A DNA stretch of 64,000 bases from Haliotis rubra (GCF_003918875.1 NW_025766503.1:310001-374000); one strand, 5' to 3'; positions 37,725-50,986 are shown, numbered from the stretch's first letter. Numbers and translations are program-made. The notes: a model not told the origin generated them from the letters alone.

Positions 37725-38846
37725 ATTATGGATATACAACTTCTTTTATTCTGTGGAGGCAACGTTTCGACATACGTTCTAATGTCGTCGTCAAGCAAGT
37801 GATACATGAGTAACAAATTGAGAGAATATATAGAGAGTTGTTGTTACAGTAGATAGGGAATGAGTTGTTTATACAATAGATGAGGTTGATGTACAACGTT
37901 TGTGTGAGAGATTGAGTAAATTGATAGGAAACCAGTAGGGTGACATACAAGGACTGAATTAGAGCTTATACAACTGATAGGAAGCCAGGTGGATGTTTAT
38001 ACCATGGATGGGGTTGATGTACATAGTTGGAATGAAACATGTAATGTACACAAGAAGTATTGTTGATTACTTTATCAAGTGATGGTAGGCATTGGGAATG
38101 TAGTATCCTTCATCTCTGTTGAGGGCGGGTCCTATCTTCTTGATGTATACTGCTTCCAAAAGTTTACAAATTTTGTAGTCTGACTGGTCTTTTATGGTTT
38201 TGGTCTTGTCCCATTTGATGGTGTGGTTAGGATGGGCTTTGATGTGGTCGGCAATGGCTGATTTAGAATCATTTTTCCTAACTGAAGCCTGGTGTTCCTT
38301 GATCCTGAGGGTGAGTGGCCTTGATGTTTCTCCAACATTGGAGTCAGTTGGCTAGTTGATCAGTGTGGGTTGGCTTGCGGTACACGCTGGTGTTGAGCCT
38401 GTTTCCTTCTCTCTGGACCAGGACATCTAGGAAGGGGAGTTTGTTGTCAGCTTCTGATTCCATGGTGAACTGCATAAGGGGATGTCGGGCATTCAGGTGT
38501 TGGAGAAGGACGTTCTATTATGCTGTCAGGGGAAAGGTGGGTGTCAAGAGTGGAGTGCACTTCTTCAACTCTGGATTTGATGATGGTAAGAGCTACTTCA
38601 CGAGGGACATTAGTGAATAAATCTACAACGGCATAGCTAAGCAGCTTGCCCGGGTTCCTGGATGTTGCTTATCTGAAAGACTTGGCTGTCTTCCCTAGGG
38701 GGGCGAGGAGTCGGGACAGGTGCTGGGCAGTGTTATAGTGGACTGTGTTCCTGGAGAAGAAGAGGAGGCGTGCTTTGATGGGGTCTTTGTGAACCTTTAT
38801 GGTGGCTCGTGCGTAGGGCGGCTGCGGGTGCTGGACGAAGAGTTTC
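37725..38846 (-). mobile_element. Penelope-like retroelement remnant (RT fragments, GIY-YIG endonuclease end, 3' LTR-like segment)
   Basis: The - strand translates to IKVHKDPIKAR, SYAVVDLFTNVP, QFTMESEADNKLPFLDVLV, VYRKPTHT and VGETSRPLTLRIKEH...SAIADH...LEAVYIKK...LNRDEG (stop 38067-38069). Internal deletions and frameshifts are present. Confidence 0.9.
37755..37800 (-). ncRNA. Degenerate minimal hammerhead ribozyme motif of the Penelope-like element
   Basis: UUGACGA-C-GACAU(loop)AUGUC-GAAACGUU, followed by AATAAA (37750-37745). Stem I is weak. Confidence 0.45.
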
Positions 38847-38847
38847 A

Positions 38848-40148
38848 TAGTATGACCAGAAATTATTGAGAATTTTAGGAATATGTTTAATTGGATTTCT
38901 AGTATAAACAACCGTGACCAGCTATCAAGTGCTTGGTTTAATTCAAGAGAGACAACTCCGTTAATCCTTTTTCATTAGTTTGTGAAGAGTTATCCCCCCT
39001 TTGTTTACTTGCTAGCAGACGACGTTTTCAATGATCCTCAGTATGGATGATTTAGAGAAGAGGAAGTTGATTTCAGAGTATTATAACAAGGACATCAGAT
39101 CAGCTAAAGTGATTTCAAGTAAAACAGGCATCCCTTTGTCCACTGTTTATCGTGTTTTGAAAAATATTGCAAATGGATATGGCATTGAGCACCAGGGAGG
39201 CGCAGGTAGGCCCAGAAAATTGACTGTCGATGACAGGAGGCGGCTTGGTATTCTTGTTTCTAAAAACAAACGATGGAGTTTAGAAAACTTAAGGCTGGAT
39301 ATGATTGATAGAGGAACTGTGGCTGTCTGTAAGGAGACAATTAGAACTGAGCTGCAATGGGTTGGCAGAAAAGTCGAGGAATTCCATCACCGATCATGAA
39401 ACCTGAACAAAAGGAGCGAAGGTTGAACTGGTGCTTAAAGCATAGAAATTGTAACTGGGACAATGTGTTTTCAATTCTCAGATGAAAGTTCTGTGTGGCT
39501 GTTTCCTAATATACTGAAATTCTGGACCAAACAAACTGAAAAACCTTTGTATCAGCGCCCAATATACAGTCCGAAATTTAATGTGTGGGGTGGCATATCT
39601 GTGTTAGGGGCAATGCCCCTCTGTGTATTTGAAGGAAATATGAACAGTGAGCGGTACACAGATATTCTCGAGGGACATTTACTTCCATCTGATCACGTGT
39701 TCTATGGAAATGTTTGGATTTTCCAGCAGGATAACGACCCAAAACATCGTTCAAAGCATTCACAGGCCTGGTTTCGGACCCAAAATATGACATTATTAGA
39801 TTGGCCAAGCTATAGCCCTGACCTAAATCCAATAGAAAATGTTTGGGGACTTATGAAGGAAAGTGTCAATAAGAAAATACTGACAAATATTGCTGAAATG
39901 AAAGAAGAGGTGGTCCAATATTGGGACAGCATGGACCACGACTTTCTAACTTCTTTGATCAGTAGTATGCCCCGCCGCATTGAAGCCTGCATTGCTGCCC
40001 ATGGTGACTTGACAAAATACCAACTGTTCACCTGTCTTTGAATCTGGAGTTATGTTCTACTAATATTCACATTTAATACGCGAGTAATGAGTGAAAAAAA
40101 AAAAAAAAATTACAATCTTTAAATTCTCAATAATTTCTGGTTGTACTG
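38848..40148 (+). mobile_element. Tc1-family DNA transposon, full length (1301 bp)
   Basis: 28-bp TIRs with 3 mismatches (tagtatgaccagaaattattgagaattt and aaattctcaataatttctggttgtactg). TA is present on the right flank only. Confidence 0.93.
39043..40041 (+). pseudogene. Frameshifted Tc1 DD34E transposase
   Basis: HTH plus GRPRK, FSDES, VWGGIS and QQDNDPKH...SPDLNPIENVW with 34 residues between D and E. Split over ORFs 39031..39399 and 39463..40041. Confidence 0.92.
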
Positions 40149-40149
40149 T

Positions 40150-40525
40150 ACATTAGTGAATTATATCAGCATGCATACATCGGCAAATTATATATGTACG
40201 CATTCATCAGTGAATTATATAAGCATGCATACATTGGCAAATTGTATATGTACACATACATTAGTGAATCATATAAGCATGCATGCATACCTCGGCAAAT
40301 TATATATATATGCATTCATCAGTGAATTATATAAGCATGCATGCATACATTAGCAAATTATATATGTATGCATTCATTAGTGAATTATATAAGCATGCAT
40401 ACATTGGCAAACTGTATATGTACGCATTCATCAGTGAATTATATAAGCATGCATACATCGGCAAAATATATATATGCATGAATTAGTGAACTATTTGAGC
40501 ATGCATACATTGGCAAATTGAATAT
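40150..40525. repeat. AT-rich tandem repeat of about 58 bp, 6-7 copies
   Basis: agtgaattatataagcatgcatacat units. Confidence 0.85.
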
Positions 40526-40737
40526 GGGTTTACTCCCATTGGAACTACATCCAATTTGAACTACAGGGATTAATTAGGGATTAATTATCTGAGTAGAGGC
40601 ACCCCCATGGCATGTAATGAGCACAGCCCATCAGCTCTCCCAGAAGAACTACATGCTTAAAATCACAAGTGTAGAGTAGCTTGATACAGTCTAACTGACC
40701 AGTAGTTAGTGAATGTTCTTGTATTCATATGATAGAA

Positions 40738-40807
40738 CTGACTGACTGAGTTTGGTTTTACGCCGCTTTTAGCAATATTCCAGCAATATCACGGCGGGGG
40801 GCACCAG
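40738..40807 (-). mobile_element. 5'-truncated family A SINE (tail only)
   Basis: 11-bp TSD atatgatagaa (40727-40737 and 40808-40818). Confidence 0.8.
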
Positions 40808-42042
40808 ATATGATAGAAGAAAAACAAGCCAAGTTTAGTATATTTGAGTTAAGGTGAAATATAAACGAATGAGTTATTAAGTTAAACAAGTATTGTTTTA
40901 TTCTTATATGTTTGACATAATGCAGTGGTCAAATTTAATTCTCTCTTAGTTCTTTTTATCAACTTCATCTTTTAACCTTTTATATGTTCATCATTATTCA
41001 CTTAATGAATATGTTTTTAAACAATAACAATAACATAAACCATTTATTATACTACATCTATATTAAATTCCAAATCTCTATTACTCTTTACCTATTTCAT
41101 ATTTTTTACCTCTTTAATTCGACCTCCCATTTAAAATTCCCTTAATACTCAGTTTTTGGTGTGTTTGTTTCGTAGTAACACCACTCTTACTAAATTTCTA
41201 TTTTATGTTCCCCCTCATTTCTTAATAAGTGTACTACCCCGTCGCTGAAACACCCTAGTTGCGTGTGCGACGCTAAACATAGCAAATAACTAACTCAAAT
41301 TTAATACCGTCATGGCTGAGCTTAGGAAAGCTGACTTTGTCTTTAGTCAGAAGGGTAAACCTCAGGTGCTTCTTGACGGTTGCCCAGATCAGCCTAGGAG
41401 CTGCACCCCCTACACAGAAGCGTTTCTACTGAGAATCAGAGGGGACAGAAGACTGCAATCAAGTAGCTCGATGCAGTTGGCTACTTATTGAAGCTGGGCT
41501 AAACTAGTTCTACATGAATCAGATTGAACACTGAGGATGAAAGTGATGCTAAGCTATCACACTAAATATTTAAGCCTATCTATAGATGAACTATCAATAT
41601 ATCTATATCTCTATTATCTACATAATTTTGTGTTTGGATTTTTAATGTGGGTGTGAAAGATGGGTGTAAATGAGTGGCAAATGAATGAATGAATGAATGA
41701 TATATAATTTGTTTGTTTTCTGTTGGGCAAATCCATTAAGCAGATGCAGGTGATGGTATGTAGTTATTCTGTGCCCCTTCGACTCTGACTACAACTCGGA
41801 TTAATGGACTGTTGTAAATAGACTGTTGACGGTAAATACATGCCTTAGGTTCATTGAATTATTCATTGTAACTAAAATTTGAGTTATTTTCTTGGATTGT
41901 CTGGTCTGGTTAAATCCACTTTGGGCTGGTAACATTTTGAAACTACCATGCACCCCTGATGCTTATTTCATACACTGAAGACCATACATCTAAAACTGGA
42001 TTTTAAAACTCTTAGGGGCCACCAATTTTAGTTCAGCATGAC

Positions 42043-42233
42043 NNNNNNNNNNNNNNNNNNNNNNNNNNNNNNNNNNNNNNNNNNNNNNNNNNNNNNNNNN
42101 NNNNNNNNNNNNNNNNNNNNNNNNNNNNNNNNNNNNNNNNNNNNNNNNNNNNNNNNNNNNNNNNNNNNNNNNNNNNNNNNNNNNNNNNNNNNNNNNNNNN
42201 NNNNNNNNNNNNNNNNNNNNNNNNNNNNNNNNN
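42043..42233. other. Assembly gap (N run)
   Basis: Run of Ns. Confidence 1.
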
Positions 42234-42354
42234 ATGCACCATGTATACACTGGTGAGTTATAGTTGTTACCCTGTTATGTGAAACTTGCCCCAAACTTGT
42301 AAAAATGGACTCCTCTATTAATCTGTGTAAAAATACAGACGCATACATACTCAC

Positions 42355-42520
42355 CTCTGCTGTCTCCACGGATCTCCTGAATATTACGCTTAGATGAAGT
42401 GTTCCTTGAAATTGTCTTCTCCGAAAAGCAACATTTCCGCATAAATGTTGCTATAAATAGATGACAGGAAACCCCACCACATCCTGTTGGCTGACAGCTT
42501 GATCACGTGTGACAGGTTGG
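42355..42520 (-). promoter_or_regulatory. Candidate non-coding first exon and promoter of ALPK1
   Basis: Strong GAG|gtgagt donor at 42354, ETS-like cggaaa and E-box cacgtg upstream, and an acceptor just before the ATG exon (about 37540). It lies across the gap, so linkage is inferred. Confidence 0.35.
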
Positions 42521-42565
42521 ACACGATAAACAGGCCGTTATCATATACCTTGGTGCAGCGATAAT

Positions 42566-43878
42566 GGGTAAGAGTTCCGCCCGTAACCCCCGCTTAAAAA
42601 GTATTTATATAAAATCTATTTATTATGATTATTTCAAGGGGTTAGGGTTTAGGTTTAGGGTTTAGATTCGGCATTATGTTAGCTAGGTTTTGGGTTAGGG
42701 TTAGGATAGGCTTTCTATAAAAAACATCTATTCTTACTATAAATCTTAGCAGAGACCATATAATAGATATAATATATATAATATATATATAATATATTAT
42801 ATGGCCCCTTTTAAGCAATAAATATACAATTTCAAAACCCATTAGCCATGTTATATTGTAAAACTACATATTTTAATATACATGTACATTAAATGTACGT
42901 TAAGCTTGCATAATTTATGTTTTGTATATTCAGATTACTATGAACGTACAACATTTCAAGGTAAAACAAGAAAACAAAATTTACAATTTTTGCCTACATG
43001 AAATATGCAGAAATTTAAAATATATATATTTTAGATTTATTAAATAACTGCTCCCGTCTCTACTACAATCTCTACTCTGCTAAGTCAGGTGAAGTATCAT
43101 TATCTGTTGTTTCAGTCCAGTGCTCTTCCTGGGCTATCCTATTACCTAAAAAGGGGTGATTAGGAGTTGTTGTTTTAACAATGTGTGGTAGTATTGGGAT
43201 GTGAAAGTTTTTGGATGTGAAAGTTTAATATAGTCCGTCATGAGCTATCGATGATGATGACATGTCAATGATGATGCCATTGTTTAGTAGCACATCTCAG
43301 GTAATGAAAACCTGCATGCAACGTCTACAGTGGTGTTTTGCTCGACGAAAGCAGGTTCCTGCCTCATGTTTTGGATGGTCGTCTGAGAGCTGTGTGTCGT
43401 ACATTCAACCTGCTGTTCCCTTTCATGGAGGCTCGATTATGGTGTGGGGCTGTGTCTCCCACCCATGACTGCAAATTGACATTGGTGATTGGGAAATCGT
43501 AATTGCCAGTGCTACGTCACTGACGTTCATGATCACGTTGTTGTGCGTCAGTTTGATAACCACCCACCATTGGCTACCCGCCCAATATTCTTGGACATTA
43601 ATGCCTTCCACATCGCCCCGTGCTGTGGGAGAGATTTGCGGGATATATACTCTTAAAAAAGCAACAACTTGACATGAGAACAATTAAATTTTAGAAAAAT
43701 ATTTGACACAAACCAATCCATGAATCCCAAAATGCGGAGGAATGGTTGCCGACGACATAATGTTTAAAAAAAGCAACGTGGAACAAAAACGTAACGTTTA
43801 TATATAATATATTATATGGTCTCTGATCTTAGGAATAGAACGATAATAAAACGGGGGTTACGGGCGGAAATCTTTCCC
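42566..43878. mobile_element. MITE with 27-bp TIRs and 6-bp TSD, containing a captured 1-kb segment
   Basis: TIR gggtaagagttccgcccgtaacccccg (25/27 match), gataat on both flanks (42560-42565 and 43879-43884), and an internal (ttaggg)-like tract. Confidence 0.8.
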
Positions 43879-45638
43879 GATAATGTATTTAGCGTGCGTG
43901 TTGTGTGTGTGCGTGCGTGCGTGTGTTGTGCTCTTAACCTACAATGGTCTTAAGTGCAACCATTGTAAGTTTAAGGGCACGGCATATGTTAGATGCACTC
44001 CGGCTGATGCAATACTGTCCCCAATTCACCCACATTTTGTACAGGAGGGACCCTTGCCTGCAAACCACGACCAAGAATGGGCTCGATGGGGTTCAGATCA
44101 GTTGCAGGCCAAGGGAGAGTCTCAATATATGCTCTTCAAAAAAGGAAACTTGTCATTCTGTTTTGGAGTTTATATACAGAGTGCATATAACTGATTCAAA
44201 CATGGCATCATTGCTCAATTACAGTAAAATCATCACTTTACAAATTTCCAAAACATGATTATCTAGAAGTGTTCAGTAAAACCACAGAGGGCTATATCCA
44301 CTTGGTCAGAGTAAAATGTCAGTATCTGGTGTGACCACCATGAGCATCGATAACAGCTTGGCGGCGACGACCCATAGCAGAAAGGAGATGCCGAATGTTG
44401 TCTTGAGAAATGTTTTGCTACTCTTGAAGTGCTGCGTGCAGTTCCTGTAGTGTCTGAGGTGGCGGATTACGTGAACGAAGATGTCTGAACCGGGTGTAGC
44501 GATTCTAGGCGGCGGTGGTAACTCTAGGTCGACCTGACCTGGCTCTGTCATCAACACTCCCAGGATTGTTGTATCGGGTACACAATTTCATCATGCACTT
44601 GCGTTCCATGTAGGGTGCGGCGTAGCGATTGACTACAAACGTGAGTGTAACGTTACGTTTTTGTTCCACGTTGCTTTTTTTAAACATTATGTCGTCGGCA
44701 ACCATTCCTCCGCATTTTGGGATTCATGGATTGGTTTGTGTCAAATATTTTTCTAAAATTTAATTGTTCTCATGTCAAGTTGTTGCTTTTTTAAGAGTAT
44801 ATATCCCGCAAATCTCTCCCACAGCACGGGGCGATGTGGAAGGCATTAATGTCCAAGAATATTGGGCGGGTAGCCAATGGTGGGTGGTTATCAAACTGAC
44901 GCACAACAACGTGATCATGAACGTCAGTGACGTAGCACTGGCAATTACGATTTCCCAATCACCAATGTCAATTTGCAGTCATGGGTGGGAGACACAGCCC
45001 CACACCATAACCGAGCCTCCATGAAAGGGAACAGCAGGTTGAATGTACGACACACAGCTCTCAGACGACCATCCAAAACATGAGGCAGGAACCTGCTTTC
45101 GTCGAGCAAAACACCACTGTAGACGTTGCATGCAGGTTTTCATTACCTGAGATGTGCTACTAAACAATGGCATCATCATTGACATGTCATCATCATCGAT
45201 AGCTCATGACGGACTATATTAAACTTTCACATCCAAAAACTTTCACATCCCAATACTACCACACATTGTTAAAACAACAACTCCTAATCACCCCTTTTTA
45301 GGTAATAGGATAGCCCAGGAAGAGCACTGGACTGAAACAACAGATAATGATACTTCACCTGACTTAGCAGAGTAGAGATTGTAGTAGAGACGGGAGCAGT
45401 TATTTAATAAATCTAAAATATATATATTTTAAATTTCTGCATATTTCATGTAGGCAAAAATTGTAAATTTTGTTTTCTTGTTTTACCTTGAAATGTTGTA
45501 GAGAATCTGAATATACAAAACATAAATTATGCAAGCTTAACGTACATTTAATGTACATGTATATTAAAATATGTAGTTTTACAATATAACATGGCTAATG
45601 GGTTTTGAAATTGTATATTTATTGCTTAAAAGGGGCCA
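42802..45638. repeat. Near-identical inverted repeat of about 1 kb (arms 42802-43798 and 44649-45638)
   Basis: The arms are reverse complements. I saw one small indel and one substitution, and the ORF pairs 43262/44979 and 43423/44764 mirror each other. Confidence 0.95.
44300..45185 (-). pseudogene. Decayed Tc1/mariner transposase fragments
   Basis: GSVDDRARSGRPRVTT and PFHGGSVMVWGCVS motifs, with many stops and frameshifts. Confidence 0.7.
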
Positions 45639-48600
45639 ACAAGCAAAACAATTCCTTTCAATTCTGATTTGCAAATATACAGTTATATGTATCAAAAAGT
45701 TAAAAATGAGAATATGAATTGTATTATGCTTACTTGAAGCTCTACTACCAAACATACTTGCACTACAAATTCCAGACATGAACACATAAATCAATTTTAA
45801 TTAAATAAGGAAATTGATAATGCTATGGTAATCTATGGACATTGGCATTAATTGTTATGGTAGTGACACAATAACGGTATTGACATTTTAAATAATTGCC
45901 AGTTTTATATGTTTACTTTAAAAGATAAGCTTTAATGAAATTTGTCAGTCAGATGTTTCAGAATGTTTGAAGAATATGTAATAGGCAAAGCATTTACTTA
46001 TGGGTGTGCCTGTCATGTAATACACAGGTAAAGACTGCATGTCACGGCAGTGACATTGTGACGGTATTCCCTGAGTTGCCTCAGCACATGACAGAGTGAC
46101 AGGGTTATGACTGTCAAATGTGCGGGTGAAATCTTAAGACACTATACGACACAAATTCTATATAAATGTTGTACATAAACTGTTATATCTAACCAGAAAA
46201 GATATGTATTTGTGCTAATATATTACTAAGTGATTGTTTGTATTCATTACTGATTAATGGATAAACCATTACAGACTGAGGTAATAAGTATGCTAAAGTG
46301 TGTGCAGTCAACCAGAAATGTTTTAAGCTGTGGAAGTTTTGGGAGGATACCGATCCTAATATAGACCGATCCAGTCTCGGCCGATAAGCCCCGCCCACTT
46401 CGTTTTGACGTTAGGGGACAACCACTGGCAAATCACAATGGCGTCACCGCCGGCGAAACGTTACGTGATTGCGAACGTTGTTGATGAATTCTGCTTGTGA
46501 TACTTTGGTATCCGTCGTTTGTGAATGTTATTTAAAGAGGCAAGTTATACGTATGTGATCTTTAATATATTTTAGCTGGCAGATTACAACTGGCGAGTAT
46601 GAGTTACATGCCCGCTGAAAAGCGTCTCGACTAGCTGCTGAGACTGTAGGAAGCGTAATTTCTTTCGACTCAATTAATCTATCTGGCAATTCACCTCCGT
46701 CACAGATATTAGCAGGGAAAGGATAACTGAATTTTGTTGTTTGGGTTTATAATTTTTTAAAACTCGTGAACACAACCACATGGTCATCTAGCACATCTTT
46801 TCGGTATCTATAAATAGATTATCAACACTGCGCGTGGCGCCTTTACTTATCCGTTTGTGTTTTTCAAGTTTAGTTCAATAATCTGAAAACATGGGTTTCT
46901 ATCTTTTAATGAATTAAGAGAATGGTAAATAAAAGCAGAAAAATATTTCCCGTCTACTACTTCATGCACCTTATATTTGTCTGTACAATTAATGTTAACA
47001 AATCAATCACAGCATAACCTTTTTTGATCTTATTTGGAAATCTGAAAAGGTAATTGGGCTTGTAAACAATATGTTTCCATGGACGTATCTGGACATACCC
47101 AGAAGCAACTATTCAACAGCTGATCTGCAGCAACTCTCAGTAGAGTTTTCTCTCTGTACACCATGATAAAATGACACTGAATATAAGGAAATCATTTTTA
47201 ATCATCATTTCCATTTAATTTTTCTATATGTACATTGTTGTGGAATTCTAATTTACATACAAACTTCCACAATACTGGACTTCATGAACTGCCAGCGTTT
47301 ATGTACAGGTATGTCACAGCACCAGAACACAAAAGAAGATCCAAGATACAGTCTGCACCTGTACACTAGCTGACCCATCTTCCAGAAATAGGAAACATGT
47401 GGAACAGAGAATCCACAGTTATTGGAACAATTAACTAGCATTGAAATAGAATGTTACACAAAATACAAATGTAGATCTATTGTTTTTTCATCAGAGATGT
47501 TTAACTGCTAACTACTAGTGTAAATAAGGTGCAAAGAATATATCCTGTGTTCAAAGCCTTCTGTCAATACAATTATTGCTTCTTAATTAAACAATGATAA
47601 TCTTTGTTTTATTAGATCTGAGACCATATCCCTAGAGGACATAACACTGATTTTGATCTATTTCCTTTCTGAGATACTTACTGGTGTCATAAAAATATAG
47701 TAAAGTTGATTCAAAATTTGGTAATCCGTTTGAATAAAAAATATTACTCATTATGTTCCATGTGTATACTTGTTACGCTGGCAACAAAATAGGTGTTATG
47801 CGACAGTGTTATAGGATGTTCCACAATGTTTCAACTGTTGTACATTGTACCTGTAGATTCAGTAAGGGTGTGTGTTATCTTTAGACTTGTACTTGATTTA
47901 GTCAGAATGATCTGGAAAATATACTACAAAGAGCCTAAACCAGAATCAACTCAGAGAGTATTGTAGAATATTCCAGCATCTTGCACTTGCCTATATAAAG
48001 GAGGCTTGCTGTTGCCCGTCCTCCCACATTACACACATATGCCATAAGAAGACCGCCGTTGTAGTGGACATTACTTCAAGTTGGATTTCCCGCATTTAGG
48101 CCCACGCGAAATTTAGCCCATGATCTAAAATATGGGATTTTTTCCCGTATTTAAGCCCATGGGCTTAAATTTGGATTTGATTCTTGGGTGTTTAGAGTGA
48201 TGTCCCTTTCCAGACGCATGGCGAATCTCGACGTTTTTAACATTAGTAGTGTCTCTGCCTGGTTATCACGTTTACAGAACTTTTTGGACACCTTACAGGT
48301 AAGTTATTAGAGACAGAAATTGATCATGTTAACCCCTATTGATGTGCATGCAGTTGCAGTTAAATTGAACCGTGTGGTCATTCAATTTTGAATTTATAGA
48401 CCGGTTTCCTGATAAAAGAGGTTTTTTTTAAAAACAGTTCTTTTTATTTTATCAACATATTGCGCATTTTCGAATTCAAGTCCCGGGCTTAAATGTGGGT
48501 AAAATATGTCATCACTAGAACAGAGATTGTCCGTATTTAAGCCCGGGTACGAGAATTCCTGGTATATCTCGGACACTCTCTGCCCTTTCTAGTAAGTTTG

Positions 48601-49182
48601 ATTACTGTTGCTGGGAGGTGAATTGTACCATCATTGTCTTCATCGCTAAAACACAGGTGTTGTATTATCTTAGCCTTGACCTTGTACTGCCACTCTACAT
48701 TGTACTGCCATAGTAATACACTCTAAGTGATTTGTATTGATTTGTCAACTTAGGAAATTTTAGAATACAATTGTTAATAACAGAACATTTGTGTTGTTTG
48801 TTGGAATCTCACCGAGTTTTGTAACGGGCTGATTCACGGTTAAGGTTTTAGTCGCAGCTTGGTAATCAACACGTACCAACAAACAGACGTGCGCCAACAT
48901 CAAGGACCACACACATGGGCTTACTGTCTGGGGAACCAAAGGGGCTGTAGCACCAGGTTGGAACCAATCGCGGCCATTCTGGACAGGTCGTAATGTAGTG
49001 AATTGAGCTTCTGCTCTGAGATTGGAATGTCGCTGGTGATACTTTGTCGGCTGCATGTCGCGTGGCACTAAGCTTATAATCCAAACCTCAATATAAAGTA
49101 TTTGCTCAATAACACACTTCATAGGCTATATTATGTTAACCCAAAGCCGTTGTGATAGCCCTGGAATGTTGTGAAATACTAT

Positions 49183-49663
49183 GAGTGAGTTTAGTTTTAA
49201 GCAATATTACAGCTATATATTACAGCAATGTTACAGCTATATATTACAGCAATGTTACAGCTATATATTACAGCAATGTTACATCTATGTATTACAGCTA
49301 TATATTACAGCAATGTTACAGCTATATATTACAGCAATATTACAGCTATATATTACAGCAATGTTACAGCTATATATTACAGCAATGTTACAGCTATATA
49401 TTACAGCAATGTTACAGCTATATATTACAGCAATGTTACAGCTATATATTACAGCAATGTTACAGCTATATGGCGGCAGTCGGTAAATAATAGAGTCTGG
49501 ACCAGACGATCAAGTGATCAACAACATAAGCATCGATCTACACAACTGGGATACGATGACATTTTTCAACTAAGTCAGCAAGCCTGACCACCCGATCCCG
49601 TTAGTCGCCTCTTACCACAAGCATGGGTTACTCAAGATCAATTCTAACCCAGATCTCCACGGG
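49183..49663 (-). mobile_element. Family B SINE with an internal 24-bp minisatellite (49201-49470)
   Basis: The SINE tail motif gcaatattccagctatat is expanded into about 11 units of gcaatgttacagctatatattaca. The rest is collinear with 17543-17786. Confidence 0.88.
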
Positions 49664-50639
49664 TCGAATTGCTATGAACAACAAACAATATCTACAACAT
49701 GAGAATATGACAAGATTGTTGATTCGAATCCCTTGTCCACTCACATTATGTTTGACAGCATTATCTGTTAACTGTGATGCGTCTGTCAAGCAGCGTGAGG
49801 TGTATACTCCCCAGGGAGCAGAGAAAGAAAATCTAATGCACACTGATCCCTTGAAGGGGGTTATAAAGATGTTACCGCTTTTGAAATGCGTCAGTGGAGC
49901 ATCTTTAATGCAGTACAATAGCGATGTATTCTTACATCTGTTCTGTTGGGGACAAGTGCCTTCAATTCATTTGGTTTTCAGAAACTTACTTCGGTCTACG
50001 CAAGTTAGGCAGACAGCCTTAAATTAATATGTTGTCTGTTGACTTGTATTATTGTTTTTTGTGTTTCATTTCGTGACAATACTTGGCAACATTTTGAACA
50101 CATTTAAATGTGAATGTGACTCACCCAAAATCCAGTGTTCTATACTATACACACTACTGTTTTCCCAGGAGGTAGTTTTTGATTGTTGTTAACTCCACAT
50201 TCGGCATTATTCCGGCTACTGACAGCAGTATGTAAGCAATCAAGTCTGGACCAGACAATCCAGTGATTGATATCATGATCATTGATTCCATAACACAGCA
50301 TCAACCATGAAAGTGAATCTTAATATTAATTTTACGGCTAATTTTCTTCATTGTAATGCAGGCTCTCTTGTGTGTGTCTTTGTATGTCTGTGTGTGTGTG
50401 TGTGTGTGTCCAACGCATTCACACAATTTAACACATCTGGAAAAAAGTATGGAAAGACTGCCGCACAGAATATTGAGAATATATGCATAATTGTTTGTTA
50501 TATAGGTCTACTTTGTATGTAGCATTTTAAAATAATCTTTTTTTAACAGAACATAATGACTGTTTCCAAGGTCAACACTGGACTTCCACAATGGTTAATT
50601 CTTGAAGTTTAGATTATAGGAAGTGGTGAGCTCAGGAGG

Positions 50640-50986
50640 CATAAAGCTCAGGTCACAATCAGTTGGAAGTTAAGCAACAATGGGCAGTCCTTGGATGGGT
50701 GACCCTGTTTGGCAGCTTGTCTCCTGAGAGTTTCTAGGACTTCAGTCCTGCCTCACAACGAAGCACCACATGTTATCAGTGTAGTCTCACCTTAGGCAAG
50801 TGAGTTTGTTCAAAATTGCATCTACCCAACCAGCAGAAAATTGGTACCCAGAAGGATGTCATGTGACTATAACCTTCTAGCACCTAACAGGCAGCTTGGG
50901 TTATCAGGGTAATAAGGTGTTAGCGCTTTGAGCATGCACAAGTGTGTGGAAACAGGTGCCTTATAAATTTCTTCATTATTATTATT
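50640..50986 (+). mobile_element. Probable decayed 5S-rRNA-headed SINE with a CORE-like domain
   Basis: gaagttaagca...cttggatgggtgacc resembles 5S boxes A and C, followed by the CORE-like ccttaggcaag...attggtacc and an (att)n tail. Confidence 0.45.

Noticed and set aside
41990-42369. ORFs spanning the N gap
   Set aside because: Artefacts of translating Ns.
42640-42705. Telomere or interstitial telomeric site
   Set aside because: Short, degenerate ttaggg-like tract inside a TIR-bounded MITE.
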